Shown one piece after another: positions 24,913 to 36,452 of a stretch of 52,826 bases of DNA; positions within the stretch are counted from its first letter, which is position 1; each line of letters begins with the position of its first letter. The notes beneath the pieces are model-generated. The model ran no database searches, had not been told where the DNA came from, and saw nothing but the letters and a program-made list of their open reading frames with translations. Position numbers and translations under genes: made by a program. The stretch is from Perkinsus olseni (Eukaryota). The DNA is taken from NCBI GenBank assembly GCA_013115125.1, contig JABANN010000209.1, positions 1 through 52,826 on the forward strand, read 5' to 3'.

Positions 24913-25661
24913 TTACAGGTAGGGGTTAATGGCAAACACGCCCTTGTGGACCTGAGTCGGTGTATAATTTCGTGGCGCGCGGTCAAAATTCAGGGTCGAT
25001 TATAGGGCTCACCTGCTCGTAGGTCTTCGTGTAAGTAGAGTCCTCCTTAGGCTCGGTTACCAATACGACTGAGGCGGCCCTTTTAGTCTGGCAAGCAGTA
25101 CCTGAATAAAAACCCATCCAGGGATCGAACCAGGGACCTTTAGATTACCCAAAGCCTGTCTTGATGGTACGTAGGCGTAGGGAATACCCTTCTTCTCACA
25201 GTAAGCCGGCACATGAGCGATAACATCAACCGGATAGACATCAGCAGCCAGCAGTACCATACCCTTTTGACCTGATCAATACCATCTTTCCACCAAATCA
25301 CAGCAACCCTCCCCTCACCCTTTCTGATGGCCTTCAAAACCTCAGGAACGCCGCGACGAAGGTTCTTGGAAGTCGCCGCTGAAAAAACAGACAAAATCCG
25401 TCGAAAGTGACAGAGTCGATGACTTTTGAACGCGCTACTCGAAGGGAAGCTATATGAGAAAGCCTGATTAAGCCCACGTCAGGCATCGGGTATAACCACA
25501 ACACCAACAACCACTCGACCGAGGCTCAGTGAGCTCCCCTTACCCTTTTTAACGAGCTTCATGGCCCGAGCGTTCAACTTGCCTCCCATCAAAGGGTCGG
25601 CGATAGGGGAGACGTAAAGGGTCGTGGAGGGGGTCTCAGTAGGGGTCTCGGTATCGGACAT
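24913..25661 (-). CDS. NHP2: H/ACA snoRNP subunit NHP2, copy 2 (tandem paralog), 5 exons
   Basis: Same peptides and intron positions as copy 1. Ends VHKGVFAINPYL*. Confidence 0.88.
25102..25148 (-). other. 47-nt intron consisting largely of a tRNA-Phe-like 3' half
   Basis: Sequence GTAATCTAAAGGTCCCTGGTTCGATCCCTGGATGGGTTTTTATTCAG. ATCTAAAGGTCCCTGGTTCGATCCC matches the eukaryotic tRNA-Phe(GAA) sequence as recalled. Confidence 0.72.
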
Positions 25662-26044
25662 TGGACGTAGTAGTATGCAACACCACCAGATGAATGGGCT
25701 GCAGCAGTCGATTCACCCGGGTTCAAATCCCCCCAAGGACAACTACTGCTGATTGTAAGGAGACAAACAACAGCAGTAAAACGTCAAAGTGCTCAAACGA
25801 GAATTAAAAAACAAGCTCGCGTAGATGTGGTCAGAGTTGGCCGCACACAATTTCCCACCTAAAAGACCACACGCCCAACTGCGCAACAAGCTTCGACTCA
25901 GAACAGACTCAGAGAAAAGCAATCCTGTACACTGGTAAGAATACAACTAGTAAAACAAGGAACCCTTTTTTGCGAAAATAACGATATTATTCGCAAAGAC
26001 AAAAAAATCACTCGGGAAGGCGCCTGCGCTGTCTCACTGGTGAC

Positions 26045-29000
26045 CTACAACTTGGAAGTAGCTAGGAAGACTTCAATATCCTCCCTCACGCGCGTAGCAT
26101 CAGCAAGCGCCTTCTGGCAGACCTGATAATAGCGAAGATAATACTGACCGTTAATAACGGCGACCTAACACCCTCGATTGGTACACAAAAATGTTATCTG
26201 TTTTTCTTTACGTAATTTCATACCAAATTTCCCACGTATCATGACGGAAAGGCTCTCGTCAACTATTAGCATAACACTATCCAGTCGCCCGGTCGTAAAG
26301 ACTATAATCACCTTGTTATCAGCGGCAGCCTCATGCGCCTCGGTGTAGCTTTTGCCGATGATACGAGCACCTCTAGCGTCATCTCGAGACTTCGCAGTTA
26401 CACAAGACTGAAGGGAAAAAGATATTACGAAACGGCCAAAAGATACGCCCTCGTACCTTGGCTATGGCAAGGTTGGTGTCCGCGTACCAGCGGAGGAGCG
26501 GTGCGAGATTGAGGGGGTCCTGACACTCCGATCGGAGGATCTGCCACGAACAACAGCAATCGCCATTCTACTCCTCAGCACTACTAAGGCCCCAAAACAT
26601 CGGAATGGAAGATCCATGATCTATAGTACTTAAGTGATAATCAGTTTCCTACTATATTACTTCCCTTGTCTAATAATAAGTATTCTTTAATATCTTTTTA
26701 CCTATTTATAGCAAGGTTCAACCTTAGATATCGACGATTTCTAACAATGATATCCCTCTTGTCCATCTCATCACCAAATAATAATTTAACCGGTGAGAAC
26801 TTCAACCGCTCACAATCTAGTTGCTCATGATTGCTCGACGCACCACGACAGCCCAATTATCAATCCACAATTAACTGCCCACCTTGCACTCATGAGCCCA
26901 CTGAAGGTCTCTGAGTTCCGCCTGGGACTCCTCGTCGCGGTAGGCACAGGCTGTGAGGTTCTCATAAAGCGGCGTTAGGTCGATAGCTGGAGGGCACTTG
27001 AGGTAGGCCAAAGTGCTCGATACCTGAGAACACATCTATGCCGGTGTTCATTGGACTCAAGCATCACTGTGGAATATATCGATTAAGAATCATATCTTCT
27101 CATGAAAAATAATCTAACTACAATCATCGGTACATTTCCGTATAATATCATCAATCATCAACTTGAAGTATCTTAGGTCGACCCTAGGCAATCACAGGCT
27201 TACCATCTTGGCAGCATCTTCAGGTCTTCCCGTGCTCATCTTCCTCTCATCCGACGACAGCCTCCTCCACAAACCTCTTATGGCATACCTAATTTTGCAT
27301 AACTCCTAACCTTCAGAGGGCCACCAAAATCTATCCTCACCATTGAAGGAAGGTGGTGTAGGTCTTAATGGCGGTAAGCCTGGCCGAGTCATGCATCCAA
27401 TTCTTACCGAGAATCCGGATCTGTTTATCTGATCGATTCTACAAGATACCATACCCAACACACCCTAGGTTGACACGAGTAGCTAAGATACCATACCCAA
27501 CACACCCTAGGTTGACACGAGTAGCTAAGATACCATACCCAATACACCCTAGGTTGACACGAGTAGCTAAGATACCATACCCAACACACCCTAGGTTGAC
27601 ACGCGTAGCTAAGATATCAATGCGTTCTAACCGAATATATAGTGTTTACTAATCCGACAAAGATACGCTCTCCCCTCACTCATGCAACCCACAGACTGAC
27701 CTGTAAACACCGGTTGTCCCTTAGCGTCCTTCAGCTTGGTATCCTTGGGGTCCGCAGCCTTAAGAATATCTCTCGCCTTCAGAACCCTGTCCATTATGTC
27801 CGGCCGAAAGACAGAGTACTGGTACCTACTCCTGAGGATCATCAAACGCCGACAGGAGAGGCCGATCTCACATCACGCCTTCCTTGGGAAGATTCCCTTG
27901 CCGGGATTCGAACTTGGCTTCATTCCGATACAGCGAGTACATATTATCGCTCAACATCCACCCCGGCGTCACTTCATTAATAGCCGGAGACAGACCAGCG
28001 ATGCACTCAGTAGACTCGTTAACGAGACTGAACGGCAACTAAAAAAAGAAAATTTGCTTCGCTCCGCCGTCGACCCTTCCCTCCCGCCTACCCCTATGGC
28101 CTGGGGCAAACAGCTGACTCCAGTGGCGATCAGAGAGTAAGGCGAGTCCACCAAATTACAGGGGTACTTGATGTTGGTAGCCAACCCAAAGAACGTCCCC
28201 TCCCCCGGCCAGTTCTCCTGGTCCGGCGCCTTTCCAGTATGGTTAGAGCCCACATTAGCACCGTAGCCGATGTTGCCCCTCCCCGCCGGCCAGAAGCACG
28301 CGATGAGCAAGGCTTGGTGGTGGAAGCCTACGAAGGGTCCGACCAAGGAGGCCGTCACCTCACCCTGACCAGACCAGAATGAACGCACAAAATCTCGCAC
28401 TATAACTCACCTCAGCAATCCCCGAGCACGGCCCGACGATAGAATCAAAGACTTTGCCGTGTCGCTCGACATGTACTGTAGGGCAGAGGGTCGCGCCTTC
28501 TACTATTCCAAAGGACTCCACGCCCGCCTCTGCCACGACCAAGCCTCAACACTCCCTCAATCACCCCCGGACTACCTTTCTGCAGAATGGCAGTAGTCAG
28601 ACTGCAGTCCGCGACACGGTTGCCCTCTAGTAAAGCACTATCATGAATCTTTGAGTTCACAACTCTCGCGCTTCGACCTATGTAGCTGCACTTCACAGAG
28701 GAGCACGATAGAACCTAACAAAAGCGTCCCGCCGGATCTGTGTAGAAGACCATCGCCTACCACTGCGTTCTCATCCACGATCGTTTTCCCCTTCCCGGCG
28801 GCTTCGACCGCAGTCATGTACTCTGACACCGCCTTTTGGTAGGCAGGAGCCAACCCTCGATTAGAGGCCACCTGAGGAGCATCTTCTCGCCATCCTGTAC
28901 TGCGGCGAGACTACCTTGGCAGCTATCTCGATCGATAGCTCAGAAAACTGCTTAGTGTCTCTGCTGCCGGTCTCCTCGGCCAAGGGAAGGGTATGGCCGT

Positions 29001-29630
29001 TGGCGTAGGTGCAGTCGGGATGCGTGGATCCTTCCACTACTCCACATCGTATAAGGGCCGCCCCTAGAGACAACCTCTTCTGCAATCGGCACGAGTGACA
29101 CAAAGATACCTTTCCGAACGATGGTATTGGCAACCAGGCCGCAGTCCTTGACCAGAGCGCCCTCATCTATCACAACATCTTCAAGGACAGTATTAAAAAT
29201 ACCGCATCCGAGCTGTCGGCGTCCGTCAAGGGTAACCTAAATTCGACACCTACCAGGCCTCCTCTCGACCAGTGCTGAGCACCTTAGAGCCCTTCACTGC
29301 TGCTATCTCCACACGACCTTGGAAACTGCATCCCCTGATGAGGCCCTTCACTCCTAGGGGACGCTGTCCTATCACCCACACATTAGCCCAGTCATCAGCA
29401 GTACACCCAGCGGCTTCCAAGGCCTCAACCTGAGCTCAGCATACGGTTACTCTTTCAGGTAGAAGTCCGGCCCTTACCTCTTCCACAGTGACGGGTCTGA
29501 CTGTCCTAGGGGCGTTGGCTTCTCGCAAGGCTGTTAGGAAGGGCGACGAGTAAACGGATTTAGACACGAAATCAGCAGGGGTGTGGTGACCGCTGAAGGA
29601 AGCTGCTCTGGTTCTCGGCAAGGCGGACAT
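26045..29630 (-). CDS. DUF4954-like protein with left-handed beta-helix-like repeats, multi-exon
   Basis: Peptide GEVTASLVGPFVGFHHQALLIACFWPAGRGNIGYGANVGSNHTGKAPDQE and hexapeptide-like IDEGALVKDCGLVANTIV and IVDENAVV. Further spliced exons run down to VCQKALADATRVREDIEVFLATSKL*. Attachment of the last exons is inferred. Confidence 0.6.
27443..27615. repeat. 42-bp intronic minisatellite, about 4 copies
   Basis: AAGATACCATACCCAACACACCCTAGGTTGACACGAGTAGCT repeated head to tail. Confidence 0.95.
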
Positions 29631-30582
29631 AGTAATGGCAAACAATCGACTGAGGGAAATGTGGGGCAAGGAAGACTGGCGATGATAGGACCCAACTCAG
29701 AAGGAGCCAAGGGTCATCGATCACGAGGGCGAGCGCTAATCACCACGATGACCCAGACTCCAGACTCCTCAGACTTCCTAGACCTCCGGGCTGGTCAATA
29801 AACCGTTCCTGAGTTTCAGGAACGAAAATGCACTAACGGCACACGCCCCCCATTGGTCCCAGTGCCTGATTGTGGCTGATGGGGGTCACTGGCCAGCATT
29901 GCTGGCCCAGCAATCGGCCGAAACTGGGGCCGGGCTTGCCATCACTCGTGTGTGATGACCGAGGATGGCTCGACGGCAGTGTGCGCCCTCTTCTCTGTTA
30001 TTTACTCTCTCATTACCTCCGAAGATTACTCCTTTCGCGTCTGCAATGCTCTAACGCTAGGCAACAGACACGCTGAATAAAAGTATTGGCGAGTCACATG
30101 GGTGTAAGGACTGCTACGAGCAAGACGTGAGGGTACATCTTGCGAAGGACAAATTGAGCTGTCGAGAAGCAAGACGGAGCTTCAACCGACGGATACATTC
30201 TGACCACCATTTTCAGTGTTGCCTGCAGAGTTCTTCATTAAAGCCCTCGCTGCTGCTGCTGCTGCTGCTGCTGCTGTAGTGCCCTCCGGTCTCGCGCGAA
30301 GCCTTTCCGGTCGCATAGACTTCAGCCCCCCTGCAGACGTAAGACTGATGATGAGGCTGACTCTTATTCCTCGATCATCGACTCATCATCTCCATGCTTT
30401 CTCGAATGGAGTGGCGTGAAACCCCCGATATGTTCTGGTTCCGGAATTTCCCGTCGCTATTGTTCACAGAATTTTTCTTGTTATTATCGCAATTGTCGTT
30501 GTTGTTGATGATGATGATGATGATGCGATTATTGTTGTTGTTGGTGTTGTTGTTGATGATGATGCGATTGTTATTGTTATGT

Positions 30583-32277
30583 TTACAGTAATACTAACGC
30601 TACGGGAGTTACCAATGGTAACCTAGCATGCTCATACTCTCAGAGACTACGAGTGTGGATTTCGTGCATAGCCATCGGAATTCCGTGATAGGAGGGAGCG
30701 GACTCATCTTCCTTGGCACGCACTTATGGAGAGACCTGTTCAGCCTCAGGGAACTAAATGAAATGATGAGGCAGAAGGGTGACTCCCAGTTCGCAACAGC
30801 ACCGAACAGGCTGAGAATCGGTGCTCAGACTCCCGACGACATTGCTCGATTCCGCTCTCGTGTTGTTGCTGAGGCCCCTGCGGATTGCTTGAGGCTCTTT
30901 CGAACAAATGCGGCTTGTGAGTCCTTCAAAAACCGCATGATGGATCGGATACGAGGAACCCTTTACGAGGTTACTGCAGTAACCTCGCCGGATCTCAACG
31001 TGACTGACGTGCAAGCAGGTGGCATTCGCTCTCTTCTCAAATTTAAGGTTGGTGCCCGGATAATGGTCGTTCGGAACATTGACATCAACCAAGGAATAGT
31101 CAGCGGCGCTTCTGCGACGATTGTGAAAGTTGGGCTCCGTAGAGGTGAAGATCGCGAGAATGTGGGGGCTATGAAGATGCACTGTCTACATAACACAATG
31201 GAATTGTGCTCATACGCTACTACCTGGTTCATTGAGACGGTGAGAGAGTCGTATCGCATCAACGAGAAGTCACGCTACTCAGCCGCAGAGCGCACCTTGG
31301 TGGTCCTGGCTCGAGTCTAGCTGGGTATAACGACCAACAGTCACCCCCTTCTCTTTCCATCGAATAGTCTCGTACGCAGCCTCTCATGAATCACCAGTTT
31401 CCTCCGTCATGACAGTTTTCTCTTCTGATCTTGCGTTTCCCCGAGAAGAGGGGAATCTGCACTGTCTACATAACACAATGGAATTGTGCTCATACAAGCC
31501 TCGCATTGTCATTCCATTCTCTCAACAATTACGCTCCCTATCTGCTCTAGTATCTCGTTCACTATGAGCTCAATCCACTTATGTTGTGTTCTACAACTAC
31601 ACCTACTGCAACGAGATAGTGCAAAGATCTGCTGTTCGAGTCGCGATATTGTCTACGTTGCGGTTGCTATGGATGAGTCTGACGAAACCATACATATATA
31701 ACCCGCAACAGTGAAGTTTATGGTGGGAAAGCGGACGGTGGGATGTCTGGCAGACATTGTCTGCAATTACCTTTCGTGCCGGATTTCGGGTGCACAATAC
31801 ACGAATCGCAAGGGAAGAGCTTGAGCTCCGTAGCTGTCGACCTTCGCACACCAACACCCTGCCCGACACCTGCCGGTTTGATATATGTCGCATTCTCCCG
31901 CGCAAGGTCCTTGTCTGGACTCCACATAATTTAGTTGCGTATTTTGATGAGAAGTTTATCCGAACCTCACCTAAAGCCCTTGCTGAGATGGAGCGCCTCC
32001 GTGGCCGGTGCAACTAGCTACGCATCTTTATCATGTACTGACATTTGTCACCTTTTCGCCAGCGCTTTGATTTCCAGTTGAAAAAATTAAGTTCAAATGC
32101 GCCACTAGTAACACTTCACGCGCCCTTCCAAAAAGGTTTCAGCGAGGACGTCTCTTCGTAGCCCTTGTTGCTATGTGTTCACAGTAATACTAACGCTACG
32201 GGAGTTACCAATGGTAACTTAGCATGCTCATACTCTCAGAGACTACGAGTGTGGATTTCGTGCATAGCCATCGGAAA
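30583..32277 (+). mobile_element. PIF1-family helicase C-terminal remnant (Helitron-like) bracketed by about 95-bp direct repeats
   Basis: Peptides LWRDLFSLRELNEMMRQKGD, LKFKVGARIMVVRNID, QLPF...CTIHESQGKSL and YVAFSRARSLSGL. Near-identical repeats lie at about 30583-30680 and 32180-32277. Confidence 0.8.
31177..31710 (+). mobile_element. TRIM/LTR-like insertion interrupting the PIF1 ORF
   Basis: TGCACTGTCTACATAACACAATGGAATTGTGCTCATAC occurs at 31178 and 31458. The purine tract GAGAAGAGGGGAA precedes the second copy. The insertion ends in CA and is flanked by ATGAAG and GTGAAG. Confidence 0.55.
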
Positions 32278-33017
32278 TCGATGAACGAAATCTTCCCCAT
32301 CCTCTCCCTAACTATCTCAGTGAGACTCGCCTCTTCGCTGATGACGGCCTTCTCTAACACTCACCTCTTGCCCTCCTTCAACTCCGGCTGTTTCATAGTA
32401 AACCGCGTTGGAACATCACAAGTTCGACTTTTACTCGCGTCAACCTAAGATTCTCCTAACTACTAGTTAGTAACTAGCTCAAAAGAGAAAACTCGCCTAA
32501 AAGTGCTGCCCGATCTGGCACTGCCCGAAATATGGTGTCTGAGCTGAAAATTGCCTAAGAAGAAAATGCTTTAGTTGACCGCGGCCTGGAACACCATGTC
32601 TGGGTTCGTCCACAGACCAAGAGGGTCCTCCGGGCGCAGCGGTCATCGACGACGATGAACTCGACTACTGCTACCAACATGCGAATTCGAAAGTCCCACC
32701 ACGGAATTGAAGGTTCTACGTGCGGAATAGATATTCCCGTTTCAGATTCGTACATCCAACTTCTCTCGCCTCGGCGAACTTAATGGATCCATTGTCGAAA
32801 TAGATGCTGAAAAGCTGAAAGGGTGAACTCAACAGAGATTGAGTTCAACAGGAGCAGCGCGGGCCCTGTGCCGGAGAACAGGTGATCTTTCTAGTGCGGA
32901 CTAGGTTTTACCTACCGTTTCAAATGCCACCTGCATTTGCACTCAGTAATGGCTTCGCCTTCTCTGGTCATGAGACGACCGTCGAGAAGAGAACAATCAG
33001 TCAGATCGACTTCAGCC

Positions 33018-33050
33018 TAGAGGTGGGCACCAAAGCAGTGCCCACCCCTA
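33018..33050. mobile_element. 33-bp minimal hAT-type element with 8-bp TSD CTTCAGCC
   Basis: TAGAGGTGGGCAC-CAAAGCA-GTGCCCACCCCTA, with CTTCAGCC at 33010-33017 and 33051-33058. Confidence 0.8.
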
Positions 33051-33681
33051 CTTCAGCCTTCCTGCTGATGTAAGATTGACGGCGATGCTCATGCCTCGAC
33101 CATCGACTCATCACCATCCTCATTCGGGTTCCCAAGTCCATAGGGTTATCCCGATGTTGTTATCTACAGTATTCAGTATCGTCTACTGCTCAGCATAGCA
33201 GTTGCACACTCCTCCCGATTTCGTTTTATCTACCACTCGTGATCCATGTTAGAAGAGATTTCTTCGACTCATCAGAGAAATCCTCGCTTGAAGAGTAGCC
33301 CCAAGTCGGTACGGACCGAGCCACCCGGGCCGAATTCGCGTTCAGTGTTCCTCAGTGAGCTGCTATTGCCAAGATAAGTATCTCTCGACTCACCCAACGA
33401 GCATCATATCGAGATGAGTTCAAAAAGAATAATGGTTTCCCATCAAACCAAATCGTTTTCTCAGGACTTAACCAGCCGCCGAACGTGAAATGAAGAAAGA
33501 AACTGTTCACTCTACTCTGTGAGGCTGCCCACTGCTGAACAGAAGACAAGATGAAGTGTTTATTCTACTAAAGGAGGCTTTCCGCCGCTTGAAATACAAT
33601 GGAGATGGATTGTTCCCACTGTCTCAAAGACAGTTATGGGAGTCTCAAATAGATGAAAGAATCACCAATGAGGCGGCCTTC

Positions 33682-35510
33682 TCACACCTTGGGGGTGCCG
33701 CCAAGCAGCTGATTTTCTATCCCGCATTGACCGAAAGCAATCTTGCAGAACCCATGGTCACCCCAATCTCCATTCCAGGAGTTAGCAACTAGCCAGTAGC
33801 CCTCGCCGTTCTCCTCGCCCCATCCGATAATCTTCACAGCATGTAGACCGATGCCAAACTCAGAAGCTTTCTTCATTGTAGACGCCGGACTTGTAGGTGA
33901 GGAAATCTTCGTAAATGACGATGACCGCAGACACCTGATTGACTAAGTCACTACCCGAAAGATTGACCCCGACCGTCCGGGTTCAAAGTCAATTTGTCTT
34001 TGAATTCAGACGAAAATAGATCTTTCCTCACCGGCCCATCAGTTGCAATGGCTTTCTTGGCGTCGTCAACACTCAAGTATTGATACGGCGATGACTCCAC
34101 CATGAAATGACGATCGCTGAAACCGATGATCATCATACATCCCCCGGGAGTCGCTCTGGGCGAGGCCCTGATAGAGGGACTCTCTTACTCTTTAAGACTG
34201 GTTGGATACCTCGCATTGGGGCATTGTTGTACACACACGGGTGTACTGTATCTGGCCTAAGCTTGACAAATATTATCGACCCAGCAATGCCTTCTTCCAC
34301 TCACCTCCTGACATGCTGCATATTTTGTGCTTTTTTCATAATGAGCGCATGGGGGGAAGTCGTACGGCCAGCATCCATCAGCTTCAGTCATCTCTCTCTT
34401 AGCAACATAATCTCCGCCTGAGAAGAGGGACAACTGCCCATCGAGTAGCCCGGGAACTAGGGCAGTGAGGATTCACGGCTCGACCGTGTGATGTGTAGCT
34501 GTGTAGGGCTAGGTTAAGACCTGGCCGTCAGCAACTTGCTGACAGCAAGGGGGAAACTATACTCACCAGTTGCGATGCCTGCGTCATGCAACCACCGCCA
34601 CGCCCGCACAGGGTACCCGCCCTCGCAACCAAAGGATCTAAGAAGGAATACATCGTCAAAAACAGAGGGAGGAAGATCCCAGCTATTAGGGCCTAATAGC
34701 TGGGATCTTCCTCCCTCGGTTTGGCCTCGGCCTAATAATTAGGCTGTCTTACGGTGCGCAGGCATTCATCTCGCCAGCCGAGAGTAGCGCTGTGTAATTC
34801 CCATCCGTTTTGATACACAGACGATCGTTGAAGGCCTCAGTGGCGCCGAAGGCCCAACAGCTGCCGCAGGCCGATTGGTCTCTGAAAGCGAGGTACCCTC
34901 GATAAAGGTAGCACTCACTCGGAGCTGATAGTTTCCCACCTGATGTGGCCGATAACACCCGAGCACTTGGGAAATCCACTGCGTGCGTCGAAGTCAGTAG
35001 GCAGGTTTTGCAACTCCTCTGGGGCATACACCTTCTTAGTGAGTCCACTCGCGGCCTCGCGTAACGTCCCACATAACCTCTTAGCGTCACGAAGGCTGAA
35101 AGCTGAGGACAACTAGCTCAACGTCTTGACAGGAGCTCTAACGGAGTTACTCTTGAGTCTTCCTTGCTCGATGGATGCAGTCCACGTCTTCTGCTTGGAG
35201 TTGATCTCATCAACGAAGCTCTGCATAATAGCCGGTCTGGTATTGTCGTATAGGTCGGCCACATCTTCTGTCGAGATGAACTCGGCCTGTGCCTTCAACT
35301 CCTCCTCGAACCGAGCGAGGTGCTGGGCCTCTTCATCGGGAGTGTACACCAACCCTGAGACCTTGAGGGATAGATCATCCAGCTATTGAGGCTGGTCGCA
35401 CCTTTCTGGGTCTTGAGATCCTCGAAGGTGCTCTTGAGGTCCCTTATAGCGAAGACTGGTGTTCCGTAGAGTAGCCACAAGCCGATACTTGCAACGAAGT
35501 GGTGGACCAT
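33682..35510 (-). pseudogene. Cathepsin B-like cysteine protease (C1A), multi-exon, with an apparent frameshift near 33877
   Basis: Signal peptide MVHHFVASIGLWLL, then LPTDFDAR, RDQSACGSCWAFG, GCEGGYP, YKSGVY and [29 protein letters not shown]. The YKSGVY frame hits TGA before the catalytic His, which lies in another frame. Confidence 0.8.
34665..34717. repeat. Perfect 26-bp-arm inverted repeat with 1-nt spacer in a cathepsin B intron
   Basis: GAGGGAGGAAGATCCCAGCTATTAGG-G-CCTAATAGCTGGGATCTTCCTCCCTC. Confidence 0.95.
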
Positions 35511-35734
35511 TCCTGTCGACTGAAATGGACTCGATGACTGTGTCACACCCTCCAATGTTCTTCATGGGTTTATTCGGTAGCAGCAGGCTGTCTGAGAGAT
35601 AGACCGCCCTCTCCTCGTTAGTACCCCGCGATATGTGTCGGACTATGCGCTGAAGCCCGCCTCGAGCCCCACTGCACGCGGAGACAGTGACGCTAGCAGT
35701 ACGGTGTTGCTGTTCGATGCCTCTGGGTGGTTAC

Positions 35735-35815
35735 TGGAGTCAACACGACCCGACATAGCTGGAGAGATGCGTCAACCAAACGTACACTGAGACCTTGAGC
35801 CAAGATGGCTACGGA
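35735..35815 (-). ncRNA. Putative spliced-leader RNA gene (SL exon 35815-35794 followed by a GT donor; 3' end uncertain)
   Basis: Minus strand reads TCCGTAGCCATCTTGGCTCAAG|GTCTCAG, a perfect match to the dinoflagellate/perkinsid SL consensus. Confidence 0.75.
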
Positions 35816-36452
35816 ATTAACAGCTATCGACGCTCAATACTCAAGGCTCATAATAATCCCACGCTAGCACAATAGCACGCTAGCACAGGAGACCATCTGC
35901 ACGCATGTACAGAGGGAGACAATCTCTACCAAACTAACTGATCGAGCATCAATAACGGCCACCGTTCGGCCGTCCACTGATAGCCCATGGAGCCTCGCTC
36001 TCTTTCGCCTATCGAGGTAGACACTTGCAGGTGCGCGTTGAAGGTATGACGACAGATTGTCGCAGAGGGTGACTGCTTTCCTGCTCTTCGCTGGACTAGA
36101 TGTCTCACGTGATGTCAACAGACTAGCTCGACCCGAATCTGACTAACTCAAGCCGAGACAGCGAGAGAGCACGTATGAGATTCTGTGGCGGAGCCTTCGT
36201 TAATAACCGTCTTCATGAACAAGCCAATCCTGGGTGGCTGGTCGGAGCTTTCTGTCGAGGCGCCGTCTTAACTTTCGATGTTGCGGAGGCTTCGATGAGA
36301 GATGAACCCTGTGGTTGGCGGATACACTATTATCTGGGTCCATCTTCATCACATATTTCGCATCGCATGCAAGAGGGGCGCTTCTTACTAATAAACTCAA
36401 CACCGTCGGAGTTCAAAGAATTGTGAATAACAATCATCATAAACAGTTCACT

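Noticed and set aside
27443-27615. 42-bp repeats as a CRISPR array or repeat protein (ORF 27368-27652)
   Set aside because: The units are contiguous with no unique spacers, and they lie in an intron of a minus-strand gene in a eukaryote.
27895-27920. B-box-like AGTTCGAATCCCGG on the minus strand
   Set aside because: It falls in a probable coding exon (KFESR) of the DUF4954-like gene and has no tRNA-like flanks.
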